The position numbers and the translations under genes are program-made. A stretch of DNA of 44,903 bases from Candidatus Zambryskiibacteriota bacterium (GTDB lineage: Bacteria > Patescibacteriota > Minisyncoccia > Phycocordibacterales > WO2-35-19): contig JAZDOB010000031.1 of the NCBI GenBank assembly GCA_043799105.1, positions 1 through 44,903 on the forward strand. Reading direction: 5' to 3'. The notes under the pieces were generated by a model. The model was not told the DNA's origin, did no database searches, and saw only the letters and a program-made list of their open reading frames with translations. Shown here one piece after another: positions 23,131 through 31,945 of this stretch (positions within the stretch are counted from its first letter, which is position 1; every line of letters starts with the position of its first letter).

Positions 23131-25275
23131 ATGGTAAAAAGATTTATAAGAAAACACAAATCAGCCATAAAAGCCCTGTTTGTGTTGGCCTTGTCTGGAT
23201 TTTTGATACTGGGAGCTTTGACCATATTTTGGGTAAGCACTTTTAAGGCGCCGACATCCGAATCAATTAGGGAAAGAAGAGTCTCCGAATCCACCAAAAT
23301 ATACGACCGGACCGGACAAATCCTTTTATATGATACCGGTGGCAATGTCAGAAGAAGCCCTGTACCAATAGAAGAAATATCCAGATATATTAAAAACGCC
23401 ACCATTGCCATAGAAGACAAGAATTTTTACCAACATAATGGCGTAGAACCGATCTCTTTTATCAGAGCAACTCTGGTAAATATTCTGTCATTGGATTTCA
23501 GTCAGGGCGGTTCTACCATTACCCAACAGGTAGTCAAAAATTCACTGCTCACTTCGGAAAAACTCATTTCCAGAAAGTTAAAGGAGTGGGTATTGGCAGT
23601 CAAATTGGAACAAGTGGCCACCAAAGACGAGATTCTTTCAATGTATTTAAACGAAATACCATACGGTGGAGTTATTTATGGAGTGGAAGAGGCTAGCGAA
23701 GCATTCTTTGGTAAAAAATCTTCGGAGGTAACCCTGGCCGAAGCGGCCTATTTGGCCGCACTACCGAAAGCGCCGACTTTCTATTCTCCGTACGGTCCCA
23801 ACCGGAACAAGCTTGAGGAAAGAAAGAATCTGGTTTTGAGGGAGATGCTCCAAAACAATTTTATCACTCAAGAGGAATATGACTCGGCCATAAAGGAAAA
23901 AGTTTCTTTTGTGGCGAAAGGCGATTCGGGAATTAAAGCTCCCCATTTCGTCTTTTATGTCATTGATTATCTCAAAAAGAAATACGGTGAAGAGGCTATG
24001 AGTGACAGTGGTCTGCGAGTAATCACTTCTTTAAATTACGATCTACAGTCTATCGGCGAAAAGATCGCCCTCGATTACGCCACGGAAAACAAAACAAAAT
24101 TCAATGCGGAAAACGCCGCCATAGTCGCCATTGATCCTAAAACCGGAGAAATACTCGCTATGGTCGGTTCCAGAAATTATTTTGACAAAGAAATTGACGG
24201 GGCCTTTAATGTAACCACAGCCAAAAGACAACCTGGCTCTACCATAAAACCATTCGTCTATTCCGAAGCTTTTATAAAGGGTTACACTCCCGAGACTGTT
24301 GTTTTTGATCTAAAAACCCAATTCTCTACGTCCTGCGCCCCAAACGATTTCAGGAAAGAATACCCCTGCTTCTCTCCGGACAATTACGATAATGTTTTCA
24401 GGGGGCCAATTACATTGCGAAGCGCCTTGGCTCAATCAATAAACATACCTTCTGTAAAAGTTTTGTATCTGGCCGGTTTGAGTGAATCCATAAGATTAGC
24501 CAGAGATATGGGCATAGAGTCTCTAACCAACAAAGGAGACTACGGTTTGACACTTGTCCTCGGAGGCGGTGAGGTCACCCCCCTCGAGCTCACGGGGGCC
24601 TATGGGGTCTTTGCCAATGGCGGTGTCAAAACAGACACCACTCCGGTTATTGAGGTAAAAGACAAAAACGGAACAATTTTGGAAACGCACAATCCAAACC
24701 CAACTCAGGTTTTGGACAAAGAAATTGCTCTAAAAATTTCAAACATTCTTTCGGATAACGAAGCCAGGGCGCCATCCTTCGGGCAAACATCGGCTTTATA
24801 TTTCGCAAACAGAGACGTCGCGGTAAAAACAGGAACGACAAACGATTACCGAGACGCCTGGATAATGGGTTATACACCAAACATAGCGGTAGGTGCGTGG
24901 GCAGGCAATAATGACAATAGCCCGATGCAAAAAAAGGTGGCCGGATTTATTGTCGCTCCGATGTGGCGAGCCTTTATGGATCAGGCTTTGGTCAAAATAC
25001 CAGAAGAACATTTCGAAGAGCCCCTAGTAGAAGACAAAACCCAGATAAAACCTGTTCTGCAGGGAATATGGCAGGGAGGAATTTTTGAAAACAATAACAC
25101 AACAGTCGTTGGTGGCGTACATTCCATTCTGAACTGGGTCAACAAAGATGACCCTAGAGGTCCCATTCCGGAAAATCCGGATAATGACCCTCAATTTGAA
25201 CGTTGGGAATACGGCGTCCGCATTTGGGCGCAAGAGCACAATCTCACCAACGATTTGCCATACAGATTAAACTAA
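23131..25275 (+). CDS. class A penicillin-binding protein (glycosyltransferase/transpeptidase)
   Basis: GT51 motifs EDKNFYQHNG and GGSTITQQ. Transpeptidase STIKP and KTGTT. N-terminal TM anchor. TGgCATAAT at 23114-23122 just upstream. Confidence 0.9.
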   Translation: MVKRFIRKHKSAIKALFVLALSGFLILGALTIFWVSTFKAPTSESIRERRVSESTKIYDRTGQILLYDTGGNVRRSPVPIEEISRYIKNATIAIEDKNFYQHNGVEPISFIRATLVNILSLDFSQGGSTITQQVVKNSLLTSEKLISRKLKEWVLAVKLEQVATKDEILSMYLNEIPYGGVIYGVEEASEAFFGKKSSEVTLAEAAYLAALPKAPTFYSPYGPNRNKLEERKNLVLREMLQNNFITQEEYDSAIKEKVSFVAKGDSGIKAPHFVFYVIDYLKKKYGEEAMSDSGLRVITSLNYDLQSIGEKIALDYATENKTKFNAENAAIVAIDPKTGEILAMVGSRNYFDKEIDGAFNVTTAKRQPGSTIKPFVYSEAFIKGYTPETVVFDLKTQFSTSCAPNDFRKEYPCFSPDNYDNVFRGPITLRSALAQSINIPSVKVLYLAGLSESIRLARDMGIESLTNKGDYGLTLVLGGGEVTPLELTGAYGVFANGGVKTDTTPVIEVKDKNGTILETHNPNPTQVLDKEIALKISNILSDNEARAPSFGQTSALYFANRDVAVKTGTTNDYRDAWIMGYTPNIAVGAWAGNNDNSPMQKKVAGFIVAPMWRAFMDQALVKIPEEHFEEPLVEDKTQIKPVLQGIWQGGIFENNNTTVVGGVHSILNWVNKDDPRGPIPENPDNDPQFERWEYGVRIWAQEHNLTNDLPYRLN

Positions 25276-25520
25276 ACAATCTTCAAAAATATTTTCTGCT
25301 GTTTTAAAGATTCTTCTATTTTGGAACAGTGCATAAAAATTTCGCTACGTTGGCAGGGGTTGCAGTTTATTTTGAGGTTGTCCCCCTTTATTTCAAGCAT
25401 CTCTCTTGAGAGAGTAAGACCGGTAGTTTGTTTTGTAACATCCAAAATTATAGCCAGTTTGGCATTATTATCTTTTTCAAGATTTAAAAATTTCTGAAGG
25501 AAATTAGTAATATTGTTCAT
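25272..25520 (-). CDS. DUF721/DciA-like small protein
   Basis: 82 aa downstream of dnaN; position and size are typical of DciA-like proteins. Start set at ATG 25520 because the upstream 10 codons of the track ORF lie in a GC-rich repeat. Confidence 0.45.
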   Translation of the reverse strand: MNNITNFLQKFLNLEKDNNAKLAIILDVTKQTTGLTLSREMLEIKGDNLKINCNPCQRSEIFMHCSKIEESLKQQKIFLKIV

Positions 25521-25530
25521 TTTTCTTTTT

Positions 25531-25574
25531 GCCTCCCCTCTTCTTCGCAAGGAGAGGGGTTAGGGGGTGAGGTC
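25531..25574 (-). repeat. GC-rich palindromic repeat (GACCTCACCCC family)
   Basis: The reverse strand reads gacctcaccccctaacccctctccttgcgaagaagagggg(aggc), the same head and hairpin as the murE copy. Lies between dnaN and the dciA-like ORF. Confidence 0.7.
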
Positions 25575-25575
25575 G

Positions 25576-26676
25576 CTACCTATTCATAGGCATTACAATA
25601 TAAAGGAAGCTTTTGTCTGAGGCCCCGTTTATTGCCAAGGGTTTTCCGCTACCGCCAAAGTTTAAAACCAAACTGTCCGAAGGAATGGATTGTATACAGT
25701 CAGTTATATATCTACTATTAAAACTCAGTTCTATATCATCACCCGAAACCGAAGCGTTGATGGATTCTTTGGATTCACCGATATCATTGTTTTTTGATTC
25801 TATATTTAGTGATTTATTTTTAATATCCACTTTCAATTTAACCTGATTTAAAGAGTCAGAAAAAATATTTGAGGTTTTTATTGAATTTATCAGATCATTT
25901 TTTAGAACAGTCGCAGTTGTGCCAAAAGTTTTGGGGATTATTTGTTTATAATCTGGGAAAGACCCGTCTATAAGCCTTGAGACCAAATACATATCTTCAG
26001 TAATGAAAGCGGCTTGGTTTTTTTCAAAAACAATATCTATGTCTCCGTTATAATCTTCAAACAGTTTTATTATTTCTGAAACGTTCCTATAGGGTATGAG
26101 GGTTTGGGGAAAATCAGCAGGAATTTTAATGTTGACCTTTTTTTCCGCCAGGCGGAAAGAATCGGTAGAAACAAACATCAAACCGCCGTTTTCTTTAAAC
26201 ACATAAACGCTTGATAATTCCGGCTTTATATTTGAGTTCGAAGCGCTATACCAAACGGATTTAAAGCCGGAAATTAGATCGCGACAGTTTATTTTTATTG
26301 ATTTTAAATCTTTTAATTTGGGAATGCTTGGAAAATCCTCGTGGGGTAAACATTTAATAATTACTGAATTTTTATTCGAAGATATTTTAAGATTGCTTTC
26401 TTTGCTTTCAAAAACCAGTTTGTCTTCTTTGATTGAGGAAAGAACACTGAGTAAAATGTTGGCCGGAATAGCCAGACACCCTTTTTCTATAGTTTTAATC
26501 TTTACTTCCATTTCTACCCCAATATCAAGATTGGTGGCCTTTACTATGAGTCGATTATCACTTAGAACGTCCAAATAAACACAAGAAAGTACCGGTAAAG
26601 TTAGGTGCTTGTTGGCCAATTTGGATGTTTTTTGAATAACGGATTCAATCTTTGATTTATCACACTCTAGTTTCAT
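25576..26676 (-). CDS. dnaN: DNA polymerase III beta sliding clamp
   Basis: 366 aa with three-domain clamp architecture and C-terminal MPMN(R). Position downstream of dnaA. Confidence 0.9.
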   Translation of the reverse strand: MKLECDKSKIESVIQKTSKLANKHLTLPVLSCVYLDVLSDNRLIVKATNLDIGVEMEVKIKTIEKGCLAIPANILLSVLSSIKEDKLVFESKESNLKISSNKNSVIIKCLPHEDFPSIPKLKDLKSIKINCRDLISGFKSVWYSASNSNIKPELSSVYVFKENGGLMFVSTDSFRLAEKKVNIKIPADFPQTLIPYRNVSEIIKLFEDYNGDIDIVFEKNQAAFITEDMYLVSRLIDGSFPDYKQIIPKTFGTTATVLKNDLINSIKTSNIFSDSLNQVKLKVDIKNKSLNIESKNNDIGESKESINASVSGDDIELSFNSRYITDCIQSIPSDSLVLNFGGSGKPLAINGASDKSFLYIVMPMNR

Positions 26677-26883
26677 TTTATAGTTTTTAAATTATTAATT
26701 TTTTAAGTCTATATGTCTGTGAATTAGTGGATTATTCACTAAAACCTCTATTTTTGGTCGTTTTATTGGTTTTAGATTATCAAGTTGATGGTTATAATAT
26801 GGTGATAATTGTTTTTGATTTTTTGAAATTATTTTTTTAGAAACATGAATTGCACACCCAATAAACACCTAATTAACAACTTA

Positions 26884-28233
26884 TCAACCTATAATAGATC
26901 TTATTTCTTGAATTTCTTTTAATAACAAACTGTCATTTATGATTTCGTTCTTTATCTTTTCATAAGAATGAATAACTGTGGTGTGGTCTCTGCCACCCAA
27001 TTTTTCTCCAATAGACGGATAAGAAATACTAAAATCCTCTCTTAAGATGTACATTATTATTTGTCTAGGTTTAATCACCTCCTTTTTCCTGGTTTTTTCA
27101 TATATAGATCCTTCTTCTATTTTATAAAAATCGGAAATTATTTTTACAACTTCTTTGTAAGACATCAATTTTTTTTGTTTGATGCTATTTTTAACCAAAT
27201 CCTTTACTTCATTCAGTGTAAGAGTTTTGTTTTTGGTTTCTGTCTGACAAACAATCAGATTTATAACACCTTCCAAGTCTCTAATATTTCCTTTTATAGA
27301 ATCGGCCAAATAATCCATAATAGCCTCATCTACAAAGAGATTTATGCTGGAGCATTTGGATTTTATTATGGCCAATCTTGATTCGTGGTCGGGAGCCGGA
27401 ATATCAATAACCATACCGGCGGCAAACCGGGATTTCAGACGATCTTCCAGGCCGGTAACGAAATTTGGATGTTTGTCACAAGAAAAAACAATGTGTTTAT
27501 TGTTGTCTTTCATTGTGTTAAAAATGTGGAATAGTTCTTCTTGAGTTTTTTCTTTGCCCGAAAGAAACTGGATGTCGTCCATTATGAGCATGTCGTATTT
27601 TCTATATTTTTCTTTAAATTGAACGACTTTGTTAGCAAGCATTGATGAGACAAATTCATTTTGGAATTTTTCGGAACTGAGATAATAAACTTTTTTTGAA
27701 GGATCAATAGCTTTTACCGCGTTGCCCATAGCTTGAATGAGGTGGGTCTTGCCGTGGCCAGTGTTTCCATAAATAAAGTAGGGATTATAGGTTATGCCGA
27801 GATTTTTTATTACCGCCTGAGCGGCCGCATGGGCCAATTCATTAAAAGGCCCAACAATACACGACTCAAAAGTGTATCTGGGATTTAAATTATCGTCTTT
27901 ATTTACATAATATTCCGACAATGGCAACTCTTTAGTTGGGGACGATTGTTTGGTTGGTATGTATTGGTTTTTTGCTTTGCTCTCTTCTTTTATTACATAT
28001 TCAAGTGTATGTATTGATTCGCAGGATTGCCGAAGAAGTTTTAAAACAAGCCCGTGGAATTTTTTCATTAACCACTCTTGAACGAAAGTATTGGGGACGC
28101 TCAAATAAATTACCCCATTATCAAAACCGGAGATTTTGGTTTCCTTAAACCATGTCGCAAAATTTGCTTTGGAAACCGAAGTTTCTATCTCCAGCAAAAT
28201 ATTGTTCCAGAGTTCTTTGGTGTCCATGTGCAC
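26884..28233 (-). CDS. dnaA: chromosomal replication initiator DnaA
   Basis: GNTGHGKTHL Walker A, LIMDDIQFL, domain IV (GGRDHTTVIHSYEKI). Start ATG 28233 or 28227. Confidence 0.95.
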   Translation of the reverse strand: MHMDTKELWNNILLEIETSVSKANFATWFKETKISGFDNGVIYLSVPNTFVQEWLMKKFHGLVLKLLRQSCESIHTLEYVIKEESKAKNQYIPTKQSSPTKELPLSEYYVNKDDNLNPRYTFESCIVGPFNELAHAAAQAVIKNLGITYNPYFIYGNTGHGKTHLIQAMGNAVKAIDPSKKVYYLSSEKFQNEFVSSMLANKVVQFKEKYRKYDMLIMDDIQFLSGKEKTQEELFHIFNTMKDNNKHIVFSCDKHPNFVTGLEDRLKSRFAAGMVIDIPAPDHESRLAIIKSKCSSINLFVDEAIMDYLADSIKGNIRDLEGVINLIVCQTETKNKTLTLNEVKDLVKNSIKQKKLMSYKEVVKIISDFYKIEEGSIYEKTRKKEVIKPRQIIMYILREDFSISYPSIGEKLGGRDHTTVIHSYEKIKNEIINDSLLLKEIQEIRSIIG

Positions 28234-28248
28234 ATTATATATTCAAAT

Positions 28249-28301
28249 CGTGTTTAGGGAACTTGTGTTTATTGTCAATTGTGTTTATAATTTGTGAATA
28301 A
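28249..28301. promoter_or_regulatory. DnaA-box cluster (oriC candidate / dnaA control region)
   Basis: TGTGAATAA (28293-28301) matches TGTGNATAA perfectly. Two TTGTGTTTAT repeats at 28263-28272 and 28279-28288, and cgtgtttag at 28249-28257. AT-rich dnaA-rpmH intergenic region. Confidence 0.55.
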
Positions 28302-28337
28302 CGAGTTAATAATTTTTAAGAGCTAACTTCTAATAGG

Positions 28338-28472
28338 ATGTCAATTACGTATCAGCCCCAAAAAAGGAAAAGAGCCAAGACCCATGGTTTTTTGAAGCGC
28401 AGCAAGAGTGCAAATGGTTTAAGAGTGTTAAAGAGGCGTCGTCAAAGGGGCCGCAAGAGAATATCGGTCTAA
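28338..28472 (+). CDS. rpmH: 50S ribosomal protein L34
   Basis: 44 aa, MSITYQPQKRKRAKTHGFLKRSKSANGLRVLKRRRQRGRKRISV. Not in the ORF track (too short). Confidence 0.9.
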   Translation: MSITYQPQKRKRAKTHGFLKRSKSANGLRVLKRRRQRGRKRISV

Positions 28473-28478
28473 TATCCA

Positions 28479-28802
28479 ATGCTTCCCAAAGACAGGAGAA
28501 TTCCAAGAAAAATGTTCCCATTGTTATCGAGTGGGGCTAAAACGTTCAAGAATAACCTTTTTTTGTTGAAATTTGTGCCCCAAAATGACCAATCTAGATT
28601 TTGTTTCTCGGTTTCCAAAAAAGTGGCCAAAAGCGCGGTGGTGCGAAACAGATTGAGGCGAGCCGGTTATAGATTGTTAGAAAAATATATTCCCAAAATA
28701 AAACCCAACGTTCTCGCCACCTTTTCTTTCAGGGTTGTGCCAAAAAACAACGATGATATTATTAAAAATCTTGAATCAATATTAAATGATAGCCTTCTTT
28801 AA
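28479..28802 (+). CDS. rnpA: RNase P protein component
   Basis: 107 aa, basic; FSVSKKVAKSAVVRNRLRR (RNR motif). Position after rpmH. Confidence 0.88.
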   Translation: MLPKDRRIPRKMFPLLSSGAKTFKNNLFLLKFVPQNDQSRFCFSVSKKVAKSAVVRNRLRRAGYRLLEKYIPKIKPNVLATFSFRVVPKNNDDIIKNLESILNDSLL

Positions 28803-29526
28803 AACCATAATTTATATACCGCTTTATAACATCTTGGTTCTTATGTTAAACGTGAGCTGGATTGATGTCGGTATTGCCACTGTTATTTTAACCGTACTGG
28901 TTAAAATGATTCTCTACCCTCTCGCCAAAAAATCTACCGTTGCTCAGGCCAAGATGAAAGAAAAAGAAGGAGAACTTTCTCTAATAAAAGAAAAATATAA
29001 AGATAAACAGGAGCAAGCGGTAAAAATAATGGAATTTTATAAAACCAACAAAATCAATCCCTTTTCCAGTATTTTGACAGTTATTATCCAGATTCCTATC
29101 ATTTTCTCTCTCTACTTCATATTTTTTAAATCCGGTCTACCCGTGATTGATGAGAGCCTTCTCTACTCTTTCATAAAAGTGCCGGTATCTGTGTCTATGA
29201 ATTTCTTGGGCTTATTGGATGTCTCTCAAAAAAGCATTGTCTTGGCGTTTCTGGCTGCTATCACCAGTTTCTGGCAAATGCATTTGGCTTCTAAATCAAT
29301 TAAAAGTAATCAGGGCAAGCCCAATTTTGCCAAGACCCCGCCGGGCAGAGAGGATTTTTCTCAGATAATGGCCAAACAAATGAAATATACTATGCCACTT
29401 ATCGTCTTTTTTATTTCTTGGAAAATATCAGGCGTGGTAGCTCTCTACTGGTTTGTCAGCAACTTGGTTGGTATTGCCCAAGATGTTTATGTAAGAAAGC
29501 AGATGTCCAAAGTTTCTCTTTCATAA
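28786..29526 (+). CDS. yidC: membrane protein insertase YidC (short form)
   Basis: 246 aa, YidC/Oxa1-like helices (LVKMILYPLAKKS, NPFSSILTVIIQIPIIFSLY). rpmH-rnpA-yidC synteny. Confidence 0.85.
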   Translation: MIAFFKTIIYIPLYNILVLMLNVSWIDVGIATVILTVLVKMILYPLAKKSTVAQAKMKEKEGELSLIKEKYKDKQEQAVKIMEFYKTNKINPFSSILTVIIQIPIIFSLYFIFFKSGLPVIDESLLYSFIKVPVSVSMNFLGLLDVSQKSIVLAFLAAITSFWQMHLASKSIKSNQGKPNFAKTPPGREDFSQIMAKQMKYTMPLIVFFISWKISGVVALYWFVSNLVGIAQDVYVRKQMSKVSLS

Positions 29527-29621
29527 CACCCCCAACCCCCTCTTACCTTAAGAGGGGGAGGAAAAAAGAATAGATTATATTCCCTCCTGTTTCCCCCTTA
29601 AGATAAGGGGGATTAAGGGGG
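29527..29621. repeat. pair of GC-rich hairpin repeats in opposite orientation
   Basis: cacccccaa-ccccctctt-acctt-aagaggggg (29527-29561), and ccccctta-agat-aaggggg-attaaggggg (29593-29621). They lie between the convergent yidC and ORF 29622..30863. Confidence 0.7.
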
Positions 29622-30863
29622 TTACTCTGCTATTCGGAGCATCCACAAATAGCCATCTATTTTATTACGGAAAATGAGATGGGTTTCGTCGGGAGGGGCA
29701 CTCATATCAACAACATCAATCTTTTGGTCAGACAAGGAGGAGAGATCGGCTATATTGCTGAATATGTTATTATTCAAATCTATTTTTTCTATAAAATCTT
29801 CGGTTGAAACCAATCCTTTGTACCAAATATCGGGGTAATTGCCGTTTGGTATTTGGTTTGGCACGGCGCAATAAACGGAAAGAATCTTCTCTTTGAGCCA
29901 GACGCACTTCTCTGCCAAACTGTTCACGTTTAATTCTTTCAGAGTAACTTTTTTGTTATCAACCAGATATAATTGAGGATAAGCTCCGCCACTTGAAACT
30001 ATACTCAGAGACCCGTCTGGGTTTGGATTTGTGGAAATGCCGGACATGCCCACTCCTGTTTTTTTCAAAACCTTGCTTGATACATCAAAAGAATAATTGT
30101 ATCCGGTATCCACCGAACTTCCTTTGGTTTGCATAATCACTGTGTTTCCGGAAATCCATTTTGGCAACCATTCCGTAAGTGGATGTGTCATTACAGCAAC
30201 GGATCCTGTGCCGTCAGGATTAGCTGTAAACCATTTTGATGACCCGTTTGCTGTGTAGTAGAAAATTTTGGAACCGTCCGGCTTGATGGAGATTTCTTTT
30301 ATTCCTGTCGGCAACTTTCCTATCGTGGTGTTAAACGGAGTTAAACTTTCACTGGTGGTGCTGGCCTTGTTTTTATTTAATTTTACAAAACTGGTTTCTA
30401 TAATTTCACTTCCCGATTCCAAAGTCTGAGCCAGGAAACCACTGCCGTTTGGCAACCAAAAAGCCCTTATTATTTTGGGTATGGTGGTGTTGGTAAGTCT
30501 TTGGATGGCCAAAGAATCAGAAACGGCCTCATAAACGTTGCCTGTTCCTTTTTCTACAAATCTGACTACGCTTGTGGTGCCTACATTGAAAATCACGGCT
30601 CCGGCTACCGGCTCACTTGATAATCTTCGGAGTCTTGGTATTGGTTGGTCTGTCGGAATGATTGTTGGAGTTTCTTCCCCCGTGCCGGTTTCGTCGGTCG
30701 GTGTCTCTGTGCCGGTGTTGTCAGATCCAAATGGCAGGTAATCTCTTATGGAAAATCCCACTCTGCTTTCTCCCGGTGTTTGGGGTTGAGAACCAAAAAT
30801 CAAAAACAGAGCTACGCCCACAATCACCAGTATTCCTATTATTAATAGTATTTTTTTGGTCAT
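29622..30863 (-). CDS. membrane-anchored exported protein with PD40/TolB-like beta-propeller-type repeats
   Basis: N-terminal TM (ILLIIGILVIVGVALFLIF). Recurring (K/N)PDGS...motifs. The start codon is fused to TIR element B. Confidence 0.55.
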   Translation of the reverse strand: MTKKILLIIGILVIVGVALFLIFGSQPQTPGESRVGFSIRDYLPFGSDNTGTETPTDETGTGEETPTIIPTDQPIPRLRRLSSEPVAGAVIFNVGTTSVVRFVEKGTGNVYEAVSDSLAIQRLTNTTIPKIIRAFWLPNGSGFLAQTLESGSEIIETSFVKLNKNKASTTSESLTPFNTTIGKLPTGIKEISIKPDGSKIFYYTANGSSKWFTANPDGTGSVAVMTHPLTEWLPKWISGNTVIMQTKGSSVDTGYNYSFDVSSKVLKKTGVGMSGISTNPNPDGSLSIVSSGGAYPQLYLVDNKKVTLKELNVNSLAEKCVWLKEKILSVYCAVPNQIPNGNYPDIWYKGLVSTEDFIEKIDLNNNIFSNIADLSSLSDQKIDVVDMSAPPDETHLIFRNKIDGYLWMLRIAE

Positions 30864-30969
30864 CCCGTTAGAAATAGAAGATTACACACTCTCGTGCGCT
30901 CTCTTCTATTTTATTTAATCTGTTAATTGTGTTTATCATAATTTTAATCTTCGTGATTTCTAACGGGAT
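30862..30969 (-). repeat. TIR element copy B (108 bp, type 1)
   Basis: atcccgttagaaat (30862-30875) / atttctaacgggat (30956-30969). Its reverse complement matches copy D at 103/108 positions by my alignment. Confidence 0.85.
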
Positions 30970-30973
30970 CATA

Positions 30974-31861
30974 TTATTTAAATACGGTATGCCAGTGGGG
31001 CCCGGAAGATCCGGGAGTATTGGCGCTTTCATATACGAAGTTCACTTTTATCGTCTGCCCGTTTATTAATAGCGTTTTTTGACCGTTATTATCTTTTATA
31101 TATTTATCAAGTTCAGCGGATGGTCTAAGATCTAAGTTGGGTTGGCCGGGGCCATGCGATACGTGCCCCCCTTCTGTACCACCAGTAATTACTAGGCTAC
31201 CTCCGAAATCTTTTTGCAATTGTTCTAATCCACTAATTGCATTGGGCGGCAAACCAACTAGATTTGTACAACCACTTATTCCCCCGCTTATGCATGGGTC
31301 TGCGTTAACGGATATTTTCCCTCCGCTGTCATTCCAAAGTTTGTCTTTTAGCGCTGTATTTTCGGCTACTTGCGTGGCGCTAAGAGAATATCCCGGCAAT
31401 ACACCAGACAATGTTCCCTCTGATCCCGGTGGAGCGTTGGTGGTTGCCTCTTCTATATTCAGATTGAGCTCCAAAAGATTTGGGTTGATGGTGTAAAGAA
31501 TAAGCCAAGCGCCTATAACCAAAACCAAACCGAAGACAGCATTTTTTATCCTATCCTTGCCGGCGCTTTTACCGCTTATGGCGTCAGTTGATATGTATTG
31601 AAAACCGCCGATGACAATCATAAGAACGGCAGACACTGCCGCGATACCAACGGCCAGTTTAAACATTCCCGGCAAGTAATCTTTGAGTTCTGTTTTGGTG
31701 GCTGCTTGCTGGCAATTTTGGTCACTACCTATACAGGGCAATGGGGCCAAGACAGTGTAGCTGTTATCCGGAGTTTGGGCTTGGACAGAGACCTCAAAAG
31801 CAAACAAACTTCCTGTTGCGACCATTCCAATCATCAAAATCATTAAAATTATTCTTTTCAT
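30974..31861 (-). CDS. VirB2/TrbC-like two-TM segment fused to an M15-type (VanY-like) peptidoglycan peptidase domain (tentative)
   Basis: Signal peptide, then a hydrophobic hairpin (LAVGIAAVSAVLMIVIGG...VFGLVLVIGAWLILY). The C-terminal GHVSHGPGQPNLDL and GPHWH resemble the SxHxxGxAxD and HxH zinc ligands of M15 peptidases. Confidence 0.45.
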   Translation of the reverse strand: MKRIILMILMIGMVATGSLFAFEVSVQAQTPDNSYTVLAPLPCIGSDQNCQQAATKTELKDYLPGMFKLAVGIAAVSAVLMIVIGGFQYISTDAISGKSAGKDRIKNAVFGLVLVIGAWLILYTINPNLLELNLNIEEATTNAPPGSEGTLSGVLPGYSLSATQVAENTALKDKLWNDSGGKISVNADPCISGGISGCTNLVGLPPNAISGLEQLQKDFGGSLVITGGTEGGHVSHGPGQPNLDLRPSAELDKYIKDNNGQKTLLINGQTIKVNFVYESANTPGSSGPHWHTVFK

Positions 31862-31864
31862 TTT

Positions 31865-31945
31865 ATCCCGTTAGAAATTTATCTTGTAAGTGTTTGTTGA
31901 TTATTTTTAAGTATAGCGAGTATTTCATAGTATTTCTAACGGGAT
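31865..31945 (-). repeat. TIR element copy C (81 bp, type 2)
   Basis: atcccgttagaaat (31865-31878) / atttctaacgggat (31932-31945). The right end abuts the stop of ORF 31946..32959; the left end is 3 nt from ATG 31861. Its reverse complement is related to copy E. Confidence 0.85.

Noticed and set aside
25521-25550. N-terminal extension MRRRGEAKRK of ORF 25272..25550
   Set aside because: These codons lie in the GC-rich repeat 25531-25574 immediately after the dnaN stop. ATG 25520 gives a sensible start.
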